A stretch of DNA of 64,000 nucleotides, taken from NCBI RefSeq assembly GCF_048593235.1, contig NC_133619.1, positions 507,125,644-507,189,643 on the forward strand. Direction: 5' to 3'. Below are positions 1 to 11,655 of this stretch, piece by piece; position 1 is the stretch's first letter, and every line of letters begins with the position of its first letter. The DNA is from Sminthopsis crassicaudata. Taxonomy: Eukaryota. The notes under the pieces are model-generated. The model was not told the origin of the DNA. It was given only the letters and a program-made list of their open reading frames with translations, and did no database searches. A program made the position numbers and the translations under genes.

Positions 1-79
1 TTTGTATCCTAGCATTTAAGACTACTTTGCACATAGAGTAGTTAATAAATGTTTTATTTATTTGCTTATTCATTCATTC

Positions 80-850
80 ATTTCCTATATTCCAAATACT
101 GTTCTAAGGGGAAAAAAAGTTAAAACAATCTCTATCCAAAAGGAACTTACCTTATATCTGGGAAAATCATATGTACACATTTAAACAGAGGCAAAATATG
201 TAAAAAGTAAATGTAAGATAATGTGGAGAGTGGAGATGTGGAGAATGAAGGTGAGAAGAGGCAGTATCAGGCCATAGGAGCAGTAGATTCATGTATCTAT
301 AGTTTGATCCATCCAGTATAATCCCCTTCTTTTGCCTATGAGAAAACATCAAGGAAGTTAAGCAATTTGTCCAAGTTCACATAGCTAATAATAACTATAA
401 ATAGACTTTGATTAGTATAGGACCCGTGTAATAGGTGGAACTTTATCTGAGATTTGAAGGAAGCCAGCTGAGAAGTAGAGATGAAGAGGAAGAGCATTCC
501 AGGCCTGGAAGACAGCTTATGCAATGGTATGAAGGTAGGAGATAGGAAATTATATGTGAGTGATAGAAAGTGGACTAGCTTGACTACAGGAATTGGTGGG
601 AGTAATCTTGTAATCACCCCGGAAAGGGAGTCTGGAGACAGATTGGGAAGGGTTTTAAATGACAAATAAAGGAGTATATATTTCAACATAGAGGCAATGA
701 GAAGCAACTGAAACATCTTGAGCAGAGGGCAACTTGATCAGACTTGTATTTAAGGACCACACCTGTGTGGAGAGGAGAGTAATTGGAGGCATGGAGACTA
801 GTAAGGAAGGTATGGCAACTGTCCACATGAGTGTGGTGCTGAAGGTAGTT
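80..850 (-). mobile_element. L2 LINE 3' region, decayed, interrupted by a MIR-type SINE (about 290-410)
   Basis: Resembles antisense L2 (ggaacttacc..., gtggaactttatctgagatttgaaggaagccag, aagagcattccaggc). Boundaries approximate. Confidence 0.65.
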
Positions 851-1100
851 AAGAGTGATTGTTGTGATTCATATATGTCCAACTCTCTGTGACCCCTTTT
901 GAAGTTCTCTTGGCAAAGATACTGGGACCACACCTGTGTGAAGAAGAGAGTAATTAGAGGCATAGAGACTAGTAAGGAAGCTATGGCAACTGTTCACATG
1001 AATGAAGGTGGTGCTGAAGGTAGTTAGGTATGATTGTTGTGATTCAGACATGTCCAACTCTCTGTGACCCCATTTGGGGTTCTCTTGGTAAAGACACCAG
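754..1100 (+). repeat. Tandem duplication of about 171 bp
   Basis: Unit 1 (754-924) and unit 2 (from 925) both begin ggaccacacctgtgtg and run through gagactagtaaggaag to tgtccaactctctgtgacccc. Confidence 0.9.
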
Positions 1101-1250
1101 GGTGATTTGCCATTTCCTTCTCAAATTCATTTTACAGATAAGGAAACCAAGGCAAATGTTAAATGGCTTGTTCAGGGTCACACAGCTAGTAAGTGGGTAA
1201 GGAGTGAAGCAGGACTCAAAACCAGGACTTCAGACTCCAAATTAATGGCT
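1030..1250 (-). mobile_element. MAR1-type marsupial CORE-SINE
   Basis: gtgaccccatttggggttctcttggtaaagac...tttgccatttccttctc...cattttacagataaggaaacc...cagggtcacacagctagtaag is the antisense of the MAR1 consensus as I recall it. Confidence 0.8.
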
Positions 1251-1769
1251 TTTTTCATTATATTCATTTATAACTCAGTAACACTGGTGGGAAGAGCTAA
1301 ACAGTGCATATCTACTTAGAAGAATCTGTAGCTTTCTTCCCTCCTACCATCCCCCTGCCTCTCTTTCATCCTCTGTCACTCAAGATGACAAGCCACTATG
1401 CTACATGTTTTTTTCCCCAAGCTGCTGAGTGATGCTATTCTTTGAAAATAATATAATGTCCTTTTTGCAACAGAAATACTGCCTGCAGATGGGAGAACCT
1501 CTATTAACTGATGCTTTGGGGGAATGTGTTCTGATTAATGGAATTGTAAGCCTAATTGACGGGATAGGTAATATAAATACTCTTTTAAGACTTTAACCCT
1601 TGTTTAGCATTCATTCAAAAAGCTCTCCTTGTGTACCTATAACTGCCTTGTCTGTGCAGGGACCTATGGTATTTACAGTGGGTAAAATATATCTCTTTTT
1701 ACTTTAATAAACAATATTCCTTTTGTTCCAGGAGGAAAAGAAACAGAGAGAATGTGATGTGATAGATTA

Positions 1770-1985
1770 AGTATTGGGGCTGGAATAAGGAAAACCTGAA
1801 TTCAAATCTAGTTTCAGACACTTATTAGCTATGGGACCTGTGGGAACTTAACTTCTGTTTTTCTAAATTACTTCAACTATAAAATGGGGATAATAATAGC
1901 ACCATTTATCTTTCTGAGTTGTGAGAATCTAATGAGACAATATTTATAAAATGCTTAGCAAGTGGCTGGCACATTGTAGGCTAGC
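1770..1985 (+). mobile_element. MIR/MIR3-type CORE-SINE
   Basis: cctgaattcaaatctagtttcagacacttattagct...tataaaatggggataataatagcacc...tgagacaatatttataaaatgcttagc. Confidence 0.75.
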
Positions 1986-2769
1986 TATTTTGATGATGAT
2001 GGTTGTGATGATTGACACAAGGCTTCTGCCCTCAAGAACACTACAGTTTTGAAGATGAATCTGAATCATCTACTCTAGGTAGTTTCATGTAATCTTCCAT
2101 GTTTCAGGATCTCAGTGCTTCTTGATATTTAATTTCTCCTCTACTCAGGTGCCAAAATAATTTTAAAGTCTGTATGTCTAGGTAGGGCAATGGATGGGAT
2201 GCTGATCATGAAGTCAGGATTCAAATAATGTCACCTATACTTACTAGCTGTGTTACTCTGGGCATACCACTTAATCCCTTTATACCTCATCCTTTTTTTC
2301 CCCTCATCTATAAAATGAGGGGGTTGCAATCAATGGCCTTGAGGATCCCCTTTTCCATCTCTAAATCTATGGTCCTAAATCTGATGATATTCCCCTACCT
2401 TCTCAAAAAAATTAGTAGATTAAATTTAAATTTCTTGGCCTTGTGTTTAAAGCCTTTACCAATCTAGCCTCATCCAACTTCTCCAGACTTATTTCATGTC
2501 ATTCTACTAATGCATCCTATATTTCAACCAAAATATCCTAATTTGTTCCCAGAGTTTAACACTCCATTTCTAGCATTCCTGCTTTGGCAGCTGCTTGCCT
2601 GCTTTACTTCCCTCTCCCTTCCTACCAGGTGATAGAAAGTCCTCTATAATCCATTGATACATTATCACAGAATCCTTTCTCCATTCCCCAGAACTTACTG
2701 CATGCTCTTCCCAAATATAAGCCTGCATTTCTTGGCCTATTCCCATGTCTAAATTTCCCAGTCAGATTC

Positions 2770-3260
2770 CCAAATTTAGAATCCAAGAGTTGGGAGGGAC
2801 CTTAAAAATTATCTATTTCAGCATCTTGCTGGATAAGATACCCCTACTCTAACATTCCCAACAAGGGCCTACTATGAGCATGTCACTGGGCTATTTTCTA
2901 AAGGGGTAGTGGTAAGTGCCATTTAGCTTCAATAGAAATACCTCAAGGTCTCAGCCATTCATCACTTCACATGACCCCATCCCATTTCTGGACAGCTCTA
3001 GGTGAAAACTTCTTCCTAATATATGGATAAAATCTCTTTCTATATAACTTCCCTCCATTGGTCCTAGGTCTTATATCTGGAGCCAATCATTTATTGCACA
3101 CTGAAACATTTATTACACACTAAGTATATGCATTGTACTAAGGGCCTTGTTGATATTTGAAGAGAGCTATTATGTATCTCTTAAGTTTTTTCTTGGTCAA
3201 GGTAAATAGCTCCATTCCATTTAAACATCCTCTTTTGCTTTCTCCAAGTATCCCTTCAGG
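2770..3260 (-). mobile_element. L3/CR1 LINE 3' end
   Basis: agagttgggagggacctt...ccatcccatttctggacagctct...aacttccctccattggtcctag is antisense to the CR1 3' terminus. Confidence 0.7.
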
Positions 3261-4789
3261 TTACCAATGTCCCTCCTAAAACTTGTTAAGCTTATGTGGC
3301 TCCTAACTTATCTGAGAAGCTTGTCTATTTGGAGACAGAGCTGGAAATAGTCTCTGTAGGCACAAATCTCATGACCACCTTCTATTCTGCATGAACACAT
3401 CTCAACTTTTATAGAATTAAGGAATATCTCAGTCTCTCCCATCAGCTGAAAGGGATTCCTCCCTCTCTAAAACTTACTTATGTTACTTATGATTAAAGTT
3501 GCAGGATTTAGATTCAGGTATGCAGGGAATTATAGAAGTCATCTCCTCTATCCTTCTCACAGGAGGAAAATAAGGAAACTGAGATTTAAAGAGATTATAT
3601 GACTTGCCTAAAGTCACATGGTTAATAAGCATCTGACCTAGGATCCAAACTCTGGTCTTTGGTTCCAAAGTCCATGCTTTCCACACTCTACTACACTGCC
3701 TCCTAGTAATTATTGTAATTTGAACCCAGGTCTTTTGATTCCAAACCCAACTCCCTGATGATATCTCACAACTAGGTTATTTGTGTGTACTTTTCTCTCC
3801 GCAGACAACAAGTTTCTTAAAGGGTGGGAAATGTCACATTTCATCTTTGAATCCTCAACACTGTTCATGGGGCTGTACACACAGTTGGCACTTAATAAGT
3901 GGTGACCGAATTGGTTTGAATCAATAGTTCTGTGGGCGAGGTGGGGGAAGAGTAGGCTTTAAGCTGTCACTGCTGCTCTATTTGGAATAACAGCATGTGG
4001 AGAGATGAAATATATAGAAAGCTTTTAATGACACTTTAATATCTATGTGAAGTGTTCCAAAGCAGGCCCCCTCACTGTACGATTCCCTTGGAAGAAAAGC
4101 TCTTTTAGTGAAGGGCTCTTTGGTTATATTTCTGTAAACACTAATGATGTTCAGTCAAGTGATACTGAGGGTACAAAAACTCTGCTTCTGAAGTCCTGTT
4201 CCAGCTCTAGCAGACCACCTGGGTCTGTCCTGCTCCTCTTAAGGTCACCTGTCTGCCTGGTCTCCATGTATGATGTCCCCCATATCTAGAATGCTTCCTC
4301 CCATTTCTGCCTATAAAAACTATGTCCATCTTCCAGATTCCCAGCTTAAAGGTTACTTACTTCTGGAAGCACCCCCTCACTCCCCTGCTGCAAGTGAGTT
4401 CTCCTTCAGGAGCACTATCATATCATATAGCTGACACTGCTCACATACTTTTCATATTCGGTTTTCATTCACTTTACAAATAATGAAGTTATAGGGAAAT
4501 GTGTGAGTAGCACCAGGTGGTGCTATTTGGGGAGAATCACTTTCACAAGTTTTAAATCCTGTCTTTCACTCTTACATACATGACATTGCACGAGTATTTC
4601 CCTGGTCCTCAGTTTTATCATCTGAAAAATTAGGGAATGGAACTAAATGGCTGCGGAGGTCCCTTCCACCTTCAGCTGTCATCCTCTATAACTATATCCA
4701 TAGATCTTTTTCTGGTTGCAGATGGTATTTTCTATCCAAAGTCTAGTGGTAATCCTTTGGATCACTGAACCACTGAGAAGAACCAATAG

Positions 4790-4945
4790 TTGATCATTGC
4801 ACATTCTTGTTGTTATTGTGTACAATGTATTGTTGGTTCTGCTTGTTTTACTCAGAATTAGTTCATGTAAATCTTTCCAGGCCTTTCTAAAATCACTTTT
4901 TTATAGAACAATAATATTTCTTTATCTTCATATACCACAAATTGT
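4790..4945 (-). mobile_element. L1 fragment (ORF2 end/3' UTR)
   Basis: ttgttattgtgtacaatg...ttggttctgcttgttttactcagaattagttcatgtaaatctttccagg...gaacaataatatttc...catataccacaa. Confidence 0.7.
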
Positions 4946-6123
4946 GGTACATGAAGCTAATGGTTAGATCATTTCACCACTCCACCAACAAAATATTAGG
5001 GTTTGGCTTTATTCTTTTTGTCCTTTTCAAATTGTAAACTTTTTGAGTATTAGAAATTTTTTGTTCATTTTGTTACGGTGATTAGAGCTCTGGATGAAGT
5101 CAGAGAGCCTGGGTTTAAATTCTAACTTTGTCACTTCCTCCCTGTGTGATGTTGGCAAAGTCCCTTAAGCTTCCAAGACTACAGATATCCCTTTTCTTTA
5201 GAATGAAGGTATCAAACTGGGTGATCTCAAAGGTCTCGTCCCTCTCAGAATCTGTGATCCTATGATTTTCAGCATGAGGTTTTCATTTGTTGAATGAGAA
5301 GATATCCTGGAATAGTGAGAAAGACTCAGGAAACAAGTCTAGATTAAAATCCCATCCTTTAGACTTGCTATGCTTGCAACTTTATCTAGCTCATTTAAAC
5401 TTCACTGAGCCTCAGTTTCCTAATGTGGAAGATGAGGGAAAATGTTCCTTGTACTATCTGCCTCACAGTGTTATGAAAAAAAAGTATTTTGTAAGCCTGA
5501 AAGTGCCATAGAAACATCAGCTCCTGTTGGCTAGATGGATTGACTACAAGAGTCCAGAGATCTCGGCTTCCAGGTCAATGAATCCCAATCTGTTTGCTCC
5601 TGTTGTTCATGTTTCAGCCACCTCCAAGGAAATGATAAACCTATACAGATGGATTGTTCCTTCTAGTGAAAACTTTTTTTTTTCTTCCACAGCAGATTAT
5701 AGATTGGCTTCCCTACCACCAGGCAAGTGAGTCTAGTGTTTATGATGTTCTCTCCAATGGAATCTATCCTTGTCCTGTTAACAATTCACAGAGCTCCACA
5801 TATTAATAAACTGGCAGCAAGGTTAACACAACTTGGAGTCATTGTTTAAGGTTTAATTTTTTTCACTCTTGTAAAGATGAAGAACATTCATTCTACACAA
5901 AAGATTCTTGAGCCATAAGGGAAACAATGTCTTATCTACATTACAAAATATTGTCAACTTGAGATAGAAATGATGATGATGTCTAAGAGTCCAGGATCTG
6001 TGAACCTTAGTTTCTTCATCTGTAAACGTGGGAGTGATAATAATAGTACCTTCCTCACAGAGATGTTGGTGGGACTTAAATGAGATAATATCTATAGAGT
6101 GATTTTACAGAGCTATGTAAATA

Positions 6124-6124
<1 letters not shown>

Positions 6125-6165
<41 letters not shown>
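6125..6165 (+). repeat. (TCA)n trinucleotide microsatellite, about 13 units
   Basis: Directly visible pure run. Confidence 0.97.
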
Positions 6166-7559
6166 GTTATAGAAGTGACTTAGAAACTTGTGATTAAGGT
6201 TAGTGTCCTACTTGAGGTTAGTTAGGACGTCAATTACAATTCCACACTAACTTGCTGTATGTGCATGTAAATTTTTGTAATAATAATCATAGATTGCATG
6301 ATGTTAGTACTTCACAATTTACTAAGTGTTTTTATTTTAACAACCATTAAGAAGTAGTCATGTCAAGTGAGATTATCTAAGTTTCACAAATGAGGATGTT
6401 GAGACAGAGAAAACTTAAGTTCTTTGTCATTGTCGTATGATTCATAAATACTGGAGCTGGACCTGTCTAGGATTTCTTGGGTTTATGTTATTTTCTTTTC
6501 TATATATAAAAACAAAGGTAGTGATAAGAAATGTTGGAATTAGAAGCGAATTTAGAAATCTTTTAATCCAACCTAATTTCACAGGTGAGGGAACCAAGGC
6601 TAAGAAAGAATATGTGACTCTTCCAATGGCATTAAATTATTTGGTGATAAAACTAGAGCTCGAAATCCTGGCATTCCAGATTTACTGTAATTCAGTATAT
6701 TTTTCAAAGCCCCATGCTTGACTTCAGTGTTCTAACAGTCCAGATCTCACATGCTGATCTGTGCTTTAGCCTTCTCTGTTCTAAGATCAGTCTTAGTTGG
6801 GATGTGATGAGTTCTGTAAGCAGTTTAGGCTGGTATGGTGTGGATAGCTGAGGGAGAGGCCTTTAACTCCAAAGTAGTTAAGTGCTCTGATGAGGTCAGT
6901 GTGCTCTGGAAATTCAAGGAAGCAATACTTCATCTGGATGCTAGAAAGCAGCTTAACCACCCAGTATGCCTTAATCCTGATTAAGAAAGTCCTCGACACT
7001 ACTCTTGTGCTATTGATTCCAATTTTGCTGAAAAGCTTTGATTATGACCTGATGATGAATGGAAATGAGCCTGCAAGGAAAAAAATCACAAAGAATCCCA
7101 GAATGTTTGAGCTAAAATAGAGCTTAAAATGTTGAATGTTACAGCATGGAAAGTTGAAAGTTATAGCTGAAAGGGACATTTTTAAAATGCCATCTAGTTC
7201 TACCACATCAGTTCCCAAAGATAAAAATAAGGAGGCAAAGGGAAGTGACTTGACCAAGGTCACATACCAAGTATCCTAGTTGGCACTTGAACGGAGGTCT
7301 TCTAATGCTTCCATAATTTTGTTGTTTTTATTTCCTCTTAGTGACACACCCAGAGCTAACTTAACTAGGGATATATGAAGTAAATCTGTGATCTCCTTTC
7401 CTCTGGTTCTGCTTTACTCACTGTTTCAGTTCTTATAAATTTGACTTAGTTATCTATATATTTGAAAAATAAGGCCTTTGTCAGAAACACTTACTATAAA
7501 CTTTCTCCTCCCCCCTGCAGTTTTCTTCTTCTTCTTTTTTTTAATTTTGGTTTCATCTT

Positions 7560-7800
7560 TCTTGTTTCTGCAAAAACTTGTAAATTTATTATAATCAAAA
7601 TTTTCCATTTTGCATTTTGTAATGTTCTCTATTGTTTGGTCATAAAGTCTTCCCTTCTCTATAGATCTCAGAGGTAAACTATTCCATGTTCTCCAAATTA
7701 GTTTATATTATCATCCTTTATATCTAAATCATACTGTATGAGTTCATCCAAGACTTCCTGAGTGTCTCTGAAACTGTTCCTTTAATCATTTCTTATACCA
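7560..7800 (-). mobile_element. Old L1 ORF2 fragments
   Basis: aatcaaaattttccattttgcattttgtaatgttctct...agatctcagaggtaaactattcc...tatctaaatcat resembles antisense L1 ORF2. Confidence 0.6.
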
Positions 7801-9174
7801 ATCTCAAACCACCATTAACCTGGCATGACTAGCTCAGTTTCTTTCTACATGAAAGCCTTAGGGCTGTTGCTTATACATCAAAATGTCATCAAGAAGCTTT
7901 ACTTAGAAGATGATGATGCAGAAATGTGTCATAATGAGGTTTGTGGAGAGGAGCTCATGGGGAAAAGCACTATGGGAAAGGTTATGAGGGTTAGGCAGAA
8001 GGAGTCTCATCTGCTGAAAGTATGAGATGTCAATGATGAATCCCCTCAGGGTAGGGTAAGGTGGGAAATGCACTCATAATAGACTAGATTTTTGAGGCAC
8101 ATTTGGGGCCATTGCTGACCCAGACTCCTATTCAAGCCAGATTATTGGGGTAATAAGCTACCCTCCTCCTCTAGTCTAAATTTGGGTATTTCTCATTCAT
8201 GGAGGGAAATCAGTGCTTCTCAAAATACTTGCAACAATGGGAGTCTTTTTGTTTAAGAATTGTATTGATTTCATTTGTTTTTATATTATAGCCATTTCTG
8301 GATGTGCTAATCACCTCCTACAAATCTCTCATGTAACAAAGAAAGCAAAAGCATCTGATACAGTGACCACATTTAAAAGTGTATACAGCATCACATACAT
8401 TGCTGCCTCTCTAGTGAAAGGGGAGGGAAATTCCTCCTTCAGCTTCTCTTGGGACCAAGATGGGTCATTTCAGAAGCCTTCGTTTAAACAAAACTAGTGG
8501 AATCTTTGTGTTCATAATTCTTACCTATCAGAACCAAGTTAAATACTTTAAGATATTAGATGGATCTTTTTTTTTTGAAAAATAGAAACATACTTATTAC
8601 AAACCATTACATGAATGTGTCTCAAACCTAAATATAGTGGCAAGGAATTCCTTAGTGAATTTTTAGAGAAAGCTAATGCAGAAGGTGATAGAGCAGTGTG
8701 TGGTGAAGACTATTTTGGTAAGTTCTTGTACCCTGCCTACTCTTCTTGGTTCAGAAACTCAGTATAGGTATAAACTCTTTTACTTGAATATAACTCTAAT
8801 TTTTTAAATCTTATATTTCCAAATCATTTTTATTTTTATTCTAATGATGTTATAAACCACTTTAAGTTGAGTATAATTAGCTATCATATATGTTTATGTG
8901 TATATGTATTCATCAGTAAAGATACAAACACACACACATACATATTCTATAGTATATTTCAGAACAATGTTAGATGCTGCTCTTCTTACTAGTTACTTCA
9001 CAACTATTTTTATTTTCCATATCACTCATTGAAAACATGGTTGCTTGCTTTATGCTTTGTTTTTGTTGTATGATAGGACAGGAAATAGGAATTATATTTA
9101 TTCATCCCATATTCACATTTTAAGAAAATAAAGCTTTGTTTCCCATTTCTATGTATCTTGTGCCTATATTCCTT

Positions 9175-9760
9175 TGTGACCATTTTTTAATTTATTGTTC
9201 AATTAACAAAGATATTTCTCACCTTCCTATTCACCCTCAATTTAAAGAATAAAAAATAAATAAAACTTCACAATAAATAACCATATTGAAGCCAAACAAA
9301 TTCTCATGCTAGCCATGCTCAAAAATGTTTCTTTCTGCATCATGTCTTTGTCAAGAGGTGGATGGGTAAGATTTTTCATTTTCAGTCCTCTGAAACAGTG
9401 ATGGACTATGGTACTGATTCAGTCAGTTGTCTTACAGTGTTGCATAAATTGTTCTCTTGGTTCTGCTTCCTTCATTCTGTATCAATTCATATAAATTTCC
9501 CTAGGTTTCTTTTGAACCTTCTTTTTTGTTATTACAGCACAACACTATTCATTACACTTGTCACATACATATTCATATACCATCATTTGTTTACTCATTC
9601 CCCAAATAATGGGCACCCCATTTGTTTTGAGTTCTTTGATTTCACAAAAGATCTACTATAAATATTTTTGCACAGATGAGCCCTTTCCTTCCTCTTTGAT
9701 CTCTTTGGCTTAAAGGTCTAATAGAGATTTCACTGGGTCAAAGGATATACACAATTGAAA
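9175..9760 (-). mobile_element. Old L1 3' fragment
   Basis: ttctcttggttctgcttccttcattctgtatcaattcatataaattt...cataccatcatttgtttactcattcccc...gggtcaaaggatatacaca. Confidence 0.7.
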
Positions 9761-10808
9761 TTATTTTTTATAAGTTATTTGCATACCACCTTACAGATAT
9801 GTATCACAGAGCACTAAAAGGAAAACATCTAATGGAGAGGACTAGTGTCAAATCAGCTTTGCTTTTCTGTTTAGGATTTAGCGCTCATATTAACTGCAGG
9901 TGTTTGCTTTATTGGCAGAATCTTGATTTAATTATACTCCTTTTGCTTTCTTGTCTCATCAGATTAGTTTTATTCAGTTCTGATACATAATGTCTATAGT
10001 TTTCTTTTTCTTTTAAAGAATATAAATGGACACTGATGATTCTGAGTTAATATATAATCTACTAAGCTAAACCACCGATTATAACTACACACAATATAAG
10101 GGAGTCTCGCCATTGCAATCTCTTTTCCTTCGAAGCCCAATTATGCTTGTTTCTTCCTCCAGAAAAAATTCCTTGACTTCCAAATGGAAGTAAATCAAAA
10201 AGCATTTATCAAGTACTTGTTGTATGCCAGGAACTGTGCTAAGTAAATACTAGGATTACAAAGAAAGGGAAAAATACTGTCCTTGCTTTCAATGAGCTCA
10301 CAGTCTAACATAAGAAATACTATATAAATACCTAGATTGTGTAAGATGAATGCAGAAGAGATTGAAGGTAATCTCTGCCATGCTACTTGCTTAGACTCAG
10401 CTTTTGGCTCACCATTTGTTTATTTGCTCTCCTCATGGACTAGTAGCTTTCTTAAAAGCACGGTTTATAATATCTCCGTCTTTAAATGTACATCAATGAA
10501 CACAGGGCATAAGATCATAACTTCACTTATTAAGAGCTTGGATAGCTCTTAAATGTTCCTGAGTCCGACTCCTTTATTTTATATATTAATAAACTGAGGC
10601 ACATAGAGTTTAGATGATTTGTCTAGAGTCTCACAGCTTTGTAAGTATCTGAGACAGAATTCAAACTCAAGCTGTCCTGGTTCCAAAACTAAGGTGCTAT
10701 CCTCTGCACAACCTGATAAGCTCTTAGTAGATGTTTTATGAATTTGTATAAATCCATCTAACTTACAGCAAGGTATTCTTGATTAGAAGATTCTTAAATG
10801 TGTCTCTT

Positions 10809-10978
10809 TTCTTTTTTTATTATAGATTTTTATTTACAAGATATATGCATGGGTAGTTTTTCAGCACTGACAGTTGCAAAATCTTTTGTTCCAATTTTTC
10901 CCCTCCTTCCCTCCACCCCCTCCCCCAGATGGCAGGTAGAACAATACATGTTAAATATGTTAAAGTATATGTTAAACA
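10809..10978 (-). mobile_element. Younger, severely 5'-truncated L1 3' end (about 170 bp) with 8-bp TSD
   Basis: T-rich tail, then tattatagatttttatttacaagatatatgcatggg...cagatggcaggtag...gttaaatatgttaaagtatatgttaaa. TSD tgtctctt at 10801-10808 and 10979-10986. Confidence 0.85.
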
Positions 10979-10986
10979 TGTCTCTT

Positions 10987-11352
10987 ATCAACAATGAGGT
11001 GATCCAAGGCAGTTCCAATAGACTTGTGATGGAAAGAGACAGAACTATGGAGACCGAGTATGAATCACATCATGGTCTTTTCACCTTTTTGTTGTTTGTT
11101 TACTTTTTTTCTTTCCCATTTTTCCCCTTTTGATCTGATTTTTCTTGCACAGCATGATAATGTGGAAATATGTTTAGAAGAATCGTATATATTTAACCTG
11201 TATTGGATTACTTGCAGAGTAGAGTAGAGAAGAGGTGGGGAGAGGGTAGAAAAACTTGGAACATAAAATTTTACAAGACTGAATATTGAAAAACATCTTT
11301 GAAAATATTTTGAAAAATAAAAGCTCTTATTATAAAAAATTAAATTAAAAAA
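10987..11352 (+). mobile_element. Older L1 3' end with A-rich tail
   Basis: caacaatgaggtgatccaaggcagttccaatagacttgtgatgg...ggaaatatgtttagaagaat...aaataaaagctcttattataaaaaattaaattaaaaaaa. Confidence 0.85.
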
Positions 11353-11459
11353 AACTCCTAAACTGACAGTCCCTAAATGACTCTCTTTTTTGCTACAACT
11401 AAGTTGTCTATTTATTTTAGAGGACGTAGCTCTGTATTTTTTGTGTGTACCCATTATAA

Positions 11460-11655
11460 GTAGCTAGAGGCAGAGTGGATGGAGCATGAGACCTGGAGTG
11501 AATTCAAATTTTGCCTCAGACACTACTAGCTGTTTGCCTCAGTTTTCTCATTTGTCTAATTACCTGGAAAAGAAAATGACAAACCATTTCAATTTCTCTG
11601 CCAAGAAAACCCCCAAAAGGGTCACAAACAGTCAAAATAACTGAATAATAAGAAC
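11460..11655 (+). mobile_element. MAR1-type SINE
   Basis: agctagaggcagagtggatggagc...gccaagaaaacccccaaaagggtcacaaacagtc. Confidence 0.75.

Noticed and set aside
167-1319. Cluster of 60-126 aa ORFs at the window start
   Set aside because: They lie wholly within L2/MAR1 relics and the tandem duplication, with no protein family signal.
4047-4289. 80-aa ORF in unique-looking DNA
   Set aside because: No recognisable homology and no convincing splice sites on either strand.
6804-6890. C/D box snoRNA-like layout (GTGATGA...CTGA...CTGA)
   Set aside because: No terminal stem and no clear C' box; the putative guides have no rRNA/snRNA complement I can support.
6880-6930. Hammerhead-ribozyme-like CTGATGA...GAAA
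   Set aside because: The stem II closing pair is absent (G opposite G), and there is no NUH cleavage triplet in register with stems I and III.
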